The notes under the pieces: generated by a model
Told to the model about the DNA's origin: nothing
The model's database searches: none
The model's input: the letters and a program-made list of their open reading frames with translations, nothing else
IMG/VR virus record: IMGVR_UViG_3300035670_000134
DNA: 20,000 nt
Reading direction: 5' to 3' (one strand)
Source: an uncultured virus (IMG/VR IMGVR_UViG_3300035670_000134)
Taxonomy: Duplodnaviria; Heunggongvirae; Uroviricota; Caudoviricetes
Made by a program: the position numbers and the translations under genes
In this document: piece by piece, positions 14,484-20,000 of the stretch
How positions within the stretch are numbered: the first letter of the stretch is position 1
How the letters are laid out: every line of letters starts with the position of its first letter

Positions 14484-15594
14484 CAGGGTCTACCGTTAAA
14501 TTTTTTTTCGGTCGAGTTTCTTAACGTTAAAAGCCAGGGGAGAAGAAGTTAACGTTAAGAAACAACCCGAGTCAGAACTTAACGTTAAGAACCGGCGGGC
14601 GTGACCGATTGATCGGTGAAATGACACGCCCGTTTATTTTTAACGTTAAGAATTCAAAAAGTTTAATGTATTTCCTAATCCGTTTTCTCATCATTTATCC
14701 AATCTATTAATTCTAATTACCTTTATGGGTAACGTTATGCTAATACTGGTTCGTTTTTAACGTTAAGAATGGGTTCAGGTGGAGTATGCGGTCTTAACGT
14801 TAAGTTCCTATGACTGATCTATTCCCTTACTCAATCCCTTATCTCTTGTTACCTTTATGCTCGACCTATATAGGGAGCAGTATAGGTAGCAGTATAGGTA
14901 CCTAAACCCTGGCGGATTAGATGTCTATATCTCTAGGGAATAAGAACACTTAATAGACCCCCAAAATCCCCCGCAACTTTCGTTGTATATATCATCGTTG
15001 TAATTTGGACTAATAGGGTCATTAAATCGATCACCGTCCAAATCGACACATTTCCCCCCACATTTGCCGGTTGTACGATAGTTATATCTATCAGTTCTTT
15101 TTTTATTTAACGTAGATCCCTTTATGGGCGTACCTACACTACGTTAGGTTACTGAAGACATAGATAAACCCTTACCCAACCCGGCCGGGTTAAAGTGTTC
15201 TTCTTCCTATATAGGGGTATACACACAACCAATAAGCCTATCTATTAATTTACCTAGGGATAGATAAAAAAAGGCGGGTTAAGTGTTTCTATTCTCCTAT
15301 ATAGGGGAGAACACAACACCTAACCCGCCTAATTTCTTAAAACTGTTAAAAATCCCTAGGAAAATAACAAAAAGCGTACCTTTCTGAGCAAAAACACCAG
15401 CAAATTCAACACATCCTGAGCTTTATTGTGCACATAAACCGAGAACGCTGGACACGTTTAGGGTATTTGCTGTATCAATCTATGAAGGAATTAATAGAGG
15501 TGTATCGATATCTGGGGAGTGTAGATACATCTATCTATGTATGTTCCTATATACATAATACCTACCCTAACCCCGCCGGGGTTCGTACCTCTAT

Positions 15595-15819
15595 TCAGAA
15601 AGGTTCATTCGGATCGTATTGCTTATTAGGATACGTATTCTCATGAATACCGGCATATGTTTCCCAACGGACCGACCTTATCTGATATACAACAGTCCAT
15701 CGTGTATCACAGCCAACACACTCATACTCTTCAATCATCTCATTAGGAGGCATATCCATACGTGACTGAAAATCACCATACGATTCCCCGCACTCAGGAC
15801 ACATATCAGGCTCTTTCAT
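15595..15819 (-). CDS. Hypothetical zinc-ribbon protein
   Basis: CPEC...CVGC. GGAGG precedes ATG 15819. Last gene of the minus-strand run. Confidence 0.7.
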   Translation of the reverse strand: MKEPDMCPECGESYGDFQSRMDMPPNEMIEEYECVGCDTRWTVVYQIRSVRWETYAGIHENTYPNKQYDPNEPF

Positions 15820-16009
15820 TAGCCGCCTCCATAGCATGGAAAGCACACTCGAACAGATTCACTTCATTACCCAAAGAATCAAACCAAACCCCCGAAGAAT
15901 CCTTGTAGTAATCAGAATCCCAACCCCACTCTTCAAGATTAAGGTAATCATTAGAAGCCAACCAGGCACCCAACCTTGTACCCTGAGAGAACAAAAGCCT
16001 ATTATCCAT
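15806..16009 (-). CDS. Hypothetical protein
   Basis: GGAGGAG RBS and overlapping start/stop with neighbours. Confidence 0.7.
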   Translation of the reverse strand: MDNRLLFSQGTRLGAWLASNDYLNLEEWGWDSDYYKDSSGVWFDSLGNEVNLFECAFHAMEAANERA

Positions 16010-16218
16010 CAGTACTCCTCCCCGCTAGAATCAAACAAAGAAAAAGTCCTACTCGTTGACCTAAACTCTGTATGCAGAAGATTGTCGATATGAATCAAAA
16101 CATCATCAAGATCAGGATTCTCATTACCAGAAGCAATAAGCTCCCGAACAATATCCTCAGTCACATAACGAACACTCAGAACAGCATCAAAGTATTCCGG
16201 CATATCATTCTTCATCAT
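16009..16218 (-). CDS. Hypothetical protein
   Basis: AAGGAG RBS supports a start at 16218 rather than 16305. Confidence 0.65.
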   Translation of the reverse strand: MMKNDMPEYFDAVLSVRYVTEDIVRELIASGNENPDLDDVLIHIDNLLHTEFRSTSRTFSLFDSSGEEY

Positions 16219-16225
16219 GTTCTCC

Positions 16226-16453
16226 TTATCCATTGACAACGATCCTTTTCGCAATTTCCTTAGCCGCATCTGACCAATACTCGCCACCTTTGTCCATCGC
16301 ATCAATAGGATGCTTCAAAGTAGCGACATACCATTCGAGTTCCCTAGATCCTTCAGCCCACTCACAAGCATCATCAAAACTTGCGAAAGGACCAAAAAGC
16401 TCGAACCCCTCAAAGATATTTCCCGATAAAACTATATAAATCTTATCCATCAT
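16226..16453 (-). CDS. Hypothetical protein
   Basis: GGAGGG RBS. The G...GFELFGPF...A.EW pattern is common in small phage proteins. Confidence 0.7.
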   Translation of the reverse strand: MMDKIYIVLSGNIFEGFELFGPFASFDDACEWAEGSRELEWYVATLKHPIDAMDKGGEYWSDAAKEIAKRIVVNG

Positions 16454-16649
16454 AACCCTCCGGCATAATCGAATAACTATCTTCCATAGTCATACCTAAA
16501 GTACCACCACGGTCCCACTTCACATGCAAAGTCAAAGCATCATCCTCATATAAAACAGTTCCCTTATCCCCACACTTAAGATCAGTGTAAGGATCAGTAC
16601 AATGCTGAAGAATGACCCTTCGACCGGCTAAAGTCCTATCCAAATGCAT
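16443..16649 (-). CDS. DUF4314-like small beta-barrel protein
   Basis: GRRVIL..CTDPY..L..GDKGTV...DD...LHVKWDRG..LG matches the DUF4314 pattern. GGAGG RBS. Confidence 0.75.
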   Translation of the reverse strand: MHLDRTLAGRRVILQHCTDPYTDLKCGDKGTVLYEDDALTLHVKWDRGGTLGMTMEDSYSIMPEGYDG

Positions 16650-16792
16650 AGCAAACTACCTCCACAGTCCTCTCAGACCCCTCTAATTTTGCTTCTAAGA
16701 CGAATAAAGCATGGGGCTTGCAAAACACCCCATGCCCATTCTTAAATTACAATTGTCCTTATGATAATTGTTTTGTAGTATTAGGATTATTC

Positions 16793-16990
16793 TTAGGTAT
16801 GATTCTTGAGATAAAGAACAAATTCTTCGAAAGAAAAATCTTCAAAGAGTTCCATGTTTCTTTCCTCATAGAAGTATTCGTAAAGTGCTGGAATATCGAA
16901 TTGACCAGAACCGGCCCTTCTCACAAGCACTTCACCTCCGTCAGAAACAACAATATCATCACCCATTATGATTGATGACCCATTGCTCAT
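16793..16990 (-). CDS. Hypothetical acidic protein
   Basis: Co-oriented ORF in the minus-strand run. Confidence 0.55.
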   Translation of the reverse strand: MSNGSSIIMGDDIVVSDGGEVLVRRAGSGQFDIPALYEYFYEERNMELFEDFSFEEFVLYLKNHT

Positions 16991-17231
16991 TCACAAAATC
17001 AGATGACAAATTTCGTGGATGGAAAACATAGTTGTTTCCATCGATACAGGTAAAGCTAATTTCGTGTTTATTCGCAAGCCTAAACATCATCATATCAATG
17101 CTCTGATCCAGAGCATCACCCACAGGACGACCCATATCCAAATGAACACCGTCCAGATCGGATATCAAATCATCCAACTCAATAAAAGTTTCATCATCAA
17201 ACGCCATAGTGTAAATAGTTAGATTGTTCAC
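16959..17231 (-). CDS. Hypothetical protein
   Basis: GGGAG before GTG 17231. Acidic, 90 aa. Confidence 0.6.
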   Translation of the reverse strand: MNNLTIYTMAFDDETFIELDDLISDLDGVHLDMGRPVGDALDQSIDMMMFRLANKHEISFTCIDGNNYVFHPRNLSSDFVNEQWVINHNG

Positions 17232-17248
17232 ATCACTCCCACATGTAA

Positions 17249-17452
17249 TTAGAGTTGGACCTTGAGACACCCTTGCGAGCATCCATTCTTTTGACCTTCT
17301 TCCCAGAAAAACCCACGAAGGAACTTCCTGTCACAAGAAGGGCAAACATACCACCTATTACCCATACCAATGTAACGAACATGCTTACCAATCGTCTCAT
17401 TCTTCTGCTTCTCATTGCTAGCCAACTTTGCCGGCTTCTTACCTGCCATCAC
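17249..17452 (-). CDS. Hypothetical zinc-finger protein
   Basis: CPSC...CSQGC. Overlaps the upstream stop. Confidence 0.65.
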   Translation of the reverse strand: MMAGKKPAKLASNEKQKNETIGKHVRYIGMGNRWYVCPSCDRKFLRGFFWEEGQKNGCSQGCLKVQL

Positions 17453-17778
17453 TCACCATCCTTTACTTTTGTGTGGAACATTCTATCAAGATCATCGCCT
17501 TCAAGATTCTTAATCATATCGAAATATTCTTCTTCATGAAAGAACTCTGGAAGACCGAACATAAACCCGGGACCATTACCTTCTGGATCTTGTGAAAGCT
17601 CACAGTCAAATGTGTTCTTGTCTTTATCCTCAAGAACAAGAACAGTCCAGAATGAATTATCATATTCATCGTATCGAGCCTTGACCCCGACAACTTTACA
17701 ACCAACAAGAGATTTGTAATATCCCTTGATCCAATCTGCCTGAGCAATCAAAGATCTCTTTGCACCATCATAAAGCAT
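17449..17778 (-). CDS. Hypothetical protein
   Basis: Coupled start/stop. The LSQDPEGNGPGF motif is typical of a small phage protein family. Confidence 0.75.
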   Translation of the reverse strand: MLYDGAKRSLIAQADWIKGYYKSLVGCKVVGVKARYDEYDNSFWTVLVLEDKDKNTFDCELSQDPEGNGPGFMFGLPEFFHEEEYFDMIKNLEGDDLDRMFHTKVKDGE

Positions 17779-18353
17779 CAGTAATCACCCCTACCGCAAA
17801 GAAGTTCATAGTCACCGCTTAGAACACCACGAATTGCTTTAGCCGCAATCTTTGGAGTGACAAGAGACAGATCAAAGCCAATATAAGGGTCTAGATCAAG
17901 ACCAAGATCACTTGCATATTCCTGCCAGAACCGATTGTGCTCGTCATCAGTAAATAGAGCAGCACCTTCCTCTTTTGTCAGACCAAGGTAATCACAAGCC
18001 TCAAGCAAAATAGGAAGATGAGCAGCATATGAATCAACTGTATTGTCATACAACTGACCGCCAGTACGATCTTGTACCGTTTCAGCATGTGGACGATTGA
18101 CAGCAAAATCATGCTTTAGAACAACAGCCCAGCCAGCAATACATGCAGCACTATCGCAGTCATACCCATTCATCTTCTGGATAGTATTCGTAACAAAAGG
18201 AAGATCCTTATGCTCTTCAGGATCTTCACCGTAAGTGCTAGGAACAACAGTTTCACCACGGTATGTGGAAAACCAGTTGCCCATATCAAACTTCATAGGC
18301 TTAAGGCTGTCAAGAAGATCGGCCAATAGTGACATTCTTTCTTTATTCATCAT
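17778..18353 (-). CDS. Hypothetical protein, paralog family C copy 1
   Basis: AAGGAG RBS. Reads MNKERMSLLADLLD...CDSAACIAGWAV. Confidence 0.85.
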   Translation of the reverse strand: MMNKERMSLLADLLDSLKPMKFDMGNWFSTYRGETVVPSTYGEDPEEHKDLPFVTNTIQKMNGYDCDSAACIAGWAVVLKHDFAVNRPHAETVQDRTGGQLYDNTVDSYAAHLPILLEACDYLGLTKEEGAALFTDDEHNRFWQEYASDLGLDLDPYIGFDLSLVTPKIAAKAIRGVLSGDYELLCGRGDY

Positions 18354-18365
18354 ATTCTCCTTTGA

Positions 18366-18788
18366 TCAGAGTTCCCACTCGCCACTTACAATCTTACGCA
18401 AACCATAGGCAGCACCTTTACTGCTTAAATCATCAGCACTATCTTCACCCAAACCAACCTCATAAGCATGCTCAGCCCATATACTAAGAGAAGAATAGTA
18501 AAAGAGTCGATGACGCTGTTCATCAGTAAGGTCCAAATAATTTACAGCTCTATCTTCAATAGTATTAATGTTGCAATCAACAACTTCTAAATCATTTTCA
18601 AGAGCAACAGCCCAACCAGCAATACAAGCAGCAGTATTACACTTGTAAGCAGACAAATCAACCATGTCTTGACAAAAATGATCTCCGCTATCTTCGTCAT
18701 AATCAGAAGTCCAATACTGAATATTAAACTGTTGTGGTTGAATTGTATCTAGCAGATCTGCTAGAAGCAGCATTCTTTCCTTATTCAC
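18366..18788 (-). CDS. Hypothetical protein, paralog family C copy 2
   Basis: GGAGG RBS and GTG start. Reads NKERMLLLADLLD...CNTAACIAGWAV. Confidence 0.85.
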   Translation of the reverse strand: MNKERMLLLADLLDTIQPQQFNIQYWTSDYDEDSGDHFCQDMVDLSAYKCNTAACIAGWAVALENDLEVVDCNINTIEDRAVNYLDLTDEQRHRLFYYSSLSIWAEHAYEVGLGEDSADDLSSKGAAYGLRKIVSGEWEL

Positions 18789-18948
18789 TGTAACCTCCGG
18801 TTGTTTGTGTTGATATATAGAAAAAGAATAGGCAGAAATCCTTGTCCGATAACCAGCGGATTTGACACACTTTCTCCGTCCCTAAAGAGAAGAGGGTGCA
18901 GGATTTCCTTAACGATCTGAAAGGGAGAATCGCTTAGCCTATTCTTTG

Positions 18949-19021
18949 TGCCTCTGGCAGGAGTCGAACCTGCGATCATCAGATTAGAAGTCTGTTGCTT
19001 TATCCTCTAAGCTACAGAGGC
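18949..19021 (-). tRNA. tRNA-Arg(TCT)
   Basis: Minus strand GCCTCTGTAGCTTAGAGGATAAAGCAACAGACTTCTAATCTGATGATCGCAGGTTCGACTCCTGCCAGAGGCA. Acceptor stem GCCTCTG/CAGAGGC, GGTTCGACTCC T-arm, anticodon loop CT-TCT-AA. CCA is not encoded. Confidence 0.93.
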
Positions 19022-19025
19022 ATAT

Positions 19026-19140
19026 GAGCAGTTTATACTCGTACTCAGGAGTTCCAATACCCGATAGTGTTTCATGACAGAACAACACCAAACTGCGTCT
19101 TAGGATCTCCCTAAGCACCATGCTACCGGATATTGGAAAC
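19026..19140 (-). ncRNA. Candidate structured RNA(s) immediately 5' of the tRNA
   Basis: Long stem TTCCAATATCCGGTAG/CTATCGGGTATTGGAA whose two mismatches are G-U pairs only on the minus strand, with internal stems and a downstream H-type pseudoknot. Confidence 0.55.
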
Positions 19141-19141
19141 C

Positions 19142-19504
19142 TTACTCGCGATACCAACGATACGTTGATTCAGGATTCTCGATTCTTTCAAGTTTAGTGA
19201 GAGTAGCCATCGTTGTTCTATTTCCAGACACAGAAGCGATCATGCGCCATGTGATATCGTCAAGCCTTTCCCAATGAGTCTTTACATGAGAAGAACTCAT
19301 CAAATACTGGTTGTAAAAATTAATCCTATCCATAGCCGCTTCCCAAGTCACCTTGTGGAAACGATTAGAAGTTGAATTGATCTTAACATCCCACCAATAC
19401 CAAATGGCATGATCAAAACCAGGATGACCAGTAGGACTTGCTTCTACTTCAACTTCATGATCAAAACGCTTGATAGCCCAGATAGGATATTTCAAATCAG
19501 CCAT
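19142..19504 (-). CDS. Hypothetical Trp-rich protein
   Basis: Probable start ATG 19504 (MADLKYPIW) overlapping the upstream gene. Confidence 0.65.
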   Translation of the reverse strand: MADLKYPIWAIKRFDHEVEVEASPTGHPGFDHAIWYWWDVKINSTSNRFHKVTWEAAMDRINFYNQYLMSSSHVKTHWERLDDITWRMIASVSGNRTTMATLTKLERIENPESTYRWYRE

Positions 19505-19772
19505 GAGTACATCCCAACTGCCCACAAGAACAAACAAAACCACTATAAGGCTTGAGGTCATCAATATAGTAGATGTGTTCTTTACTGTCACCGACCATAC
19601 GGATAATCAGTTGCTCTTCATTATATTCTTCACGAATAACATCACCGTAATGATCTAAAGTTGATTCTATTGGGTGACCCAAGTTTTCAAAAATGATACC
19701 GGGATAATCCTCACAGGTATAATACTCAAAAATATCAGTAACCACCACCGAAAGTCCTTTCAAACTTCTCAT
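19497..19772 (-). CDS. Hypothetical protein
   Basis: Co-oriented ORF ending CSCGQLGCTHG. Start is uncertain. Confidence 0.6.
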   Translation of the reverse strand: MRSLKGLSVVVTDIFEYYTCEDYPGIIFENLGHPIESTLDHYGDVIREEYNEEQLIIRMVGDSKEHIYYIDDLKPYSGFVCSCGQLGCTHG

Positions 19773-19884
19773 CTACAGGCTCACAGTCATGACCAAAAGT
19801 GTACTCTTCAGCGTCAAGTTCATCATTAAGATCAAACTCACGACCACACTCTAGGCATGTTCTAATGAAAAAATTATCTCTCAT
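19735..19884 (-). CDS. Small Cys/His protein (49 aa), not in the ORF track
   Basis: AAGGAG RBS. Translation MRDNFFIRTCLECGREFDLNDELDAEEYTFGHDCEPVDEKFERTFGGGY contains CxxC...HxC. Confidence 0.65.
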   Translation of the reverse strand: MRDNFFIRTCLECGREFDLNDELDAEEYTFGHDCEPVDEKFERTFGGGY

Positions 19885-20000
19885 TCCCAATCTCCTTCTG
19901 TTACTTTCTTTCCGATAATACCAAGTCCGATAATAAGAATAGTTCCAAGAATATAGTAGATCATCTCTTCTTCAAAAAGATCATGATAGAAGTTCCAATA

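Larger units (their letters stand above)
9901..14860. repeat. Eight related intergenic spacers built from (T)TAACGTTA(A) palindromes, a CGGGYG...CRCCCG hairpin and TTTATTATG/CTTTATG motifs
   Basis: Spacers at ~9901-10080, 10492-10770, 11180-11450, 11879-12123, 12485-12740, 13159-13480, 13796-14060 and 14447-14860. About 42 exact TAACGTTA cores counted by eye, versus one noticed elsewhere in the window (388). Confidence 0.93.

Noticed and set aside
9901..14860. CRISPR array
   Set aside because: Repeats are only 8-10 bp with irregular spacing and are interleaved with genes. There are no 25-45 bp direct repeats with uniform spacers and no cas genes.
9901..14860. Bona fide integron
   Set aside because: TAAC/GTTA cores and hairpins are reminiscent of attC, but no IntI is in the window, cassettes carry their own promoters and terminators, and canonical R/L boxes with extrahelical bases could not be verified.
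15428..15646. 72-aa + strand ORF in the convergence zone
   Set aside because: GTG start without an RBS, low-complexity AT-rich sequence, and it overlaps the end of a minus-strand gene.
18785..18979. 64-aa minus-strand ORF
   Set aside because: It starts inside the tRNA T-arm and has no RBS.
19051..19140. Hammerhead ribozyme or second tRNA
   Set aside because: It has GAAAC but no CUGANGA core, and no T-loop or cloverleaf.

Overview
This window looks like part of a large dsDNA bacteriophage, probably infecting an actinobacterium (inferred from TTGTCCACA-type DnaA boxes, TAGGCT/TACGGT/TAGGAT -10 elements and leaderless starts). It has three blocks. (1) 1-7.6 kb is an AT-rich arm with nucleotide-metabolism and possible modification genes (class II RNR nrdJ 5' end, GT4 glycosyltransferase, thyX, DUF1599/Nmad1-like protein, dCMP deaminase) plus hypotheticals. 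(2) ~7.8-15.4 kb switches abruptly to GC-rich small genes, all on the + strand, most organised as self-contained promoter-gene-terminator cassettes. This block contains a ~275 bp array of about 21 DnaA boxes, two paralog pairs, a HicA-like gene, and eight related intergenic spacers. The spacers are built from ~40 copies of the palindrome (T)TAACGTTA(A), a conserved CGGGYG...CRCCCG hairpin and CTTTATG motifs in a fixed order. (3) 15.6-20 kb is an AT-rich, minus-strand run of small genes with a tRNA-Arg(TCT), preceded by a candidate structured RNA and a compact pseudoknot. The most notable element is the central block: a cassette array with a possible DNA-encoded host-protein decoy or origin mimic. 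All counts and alignments were done by eye.
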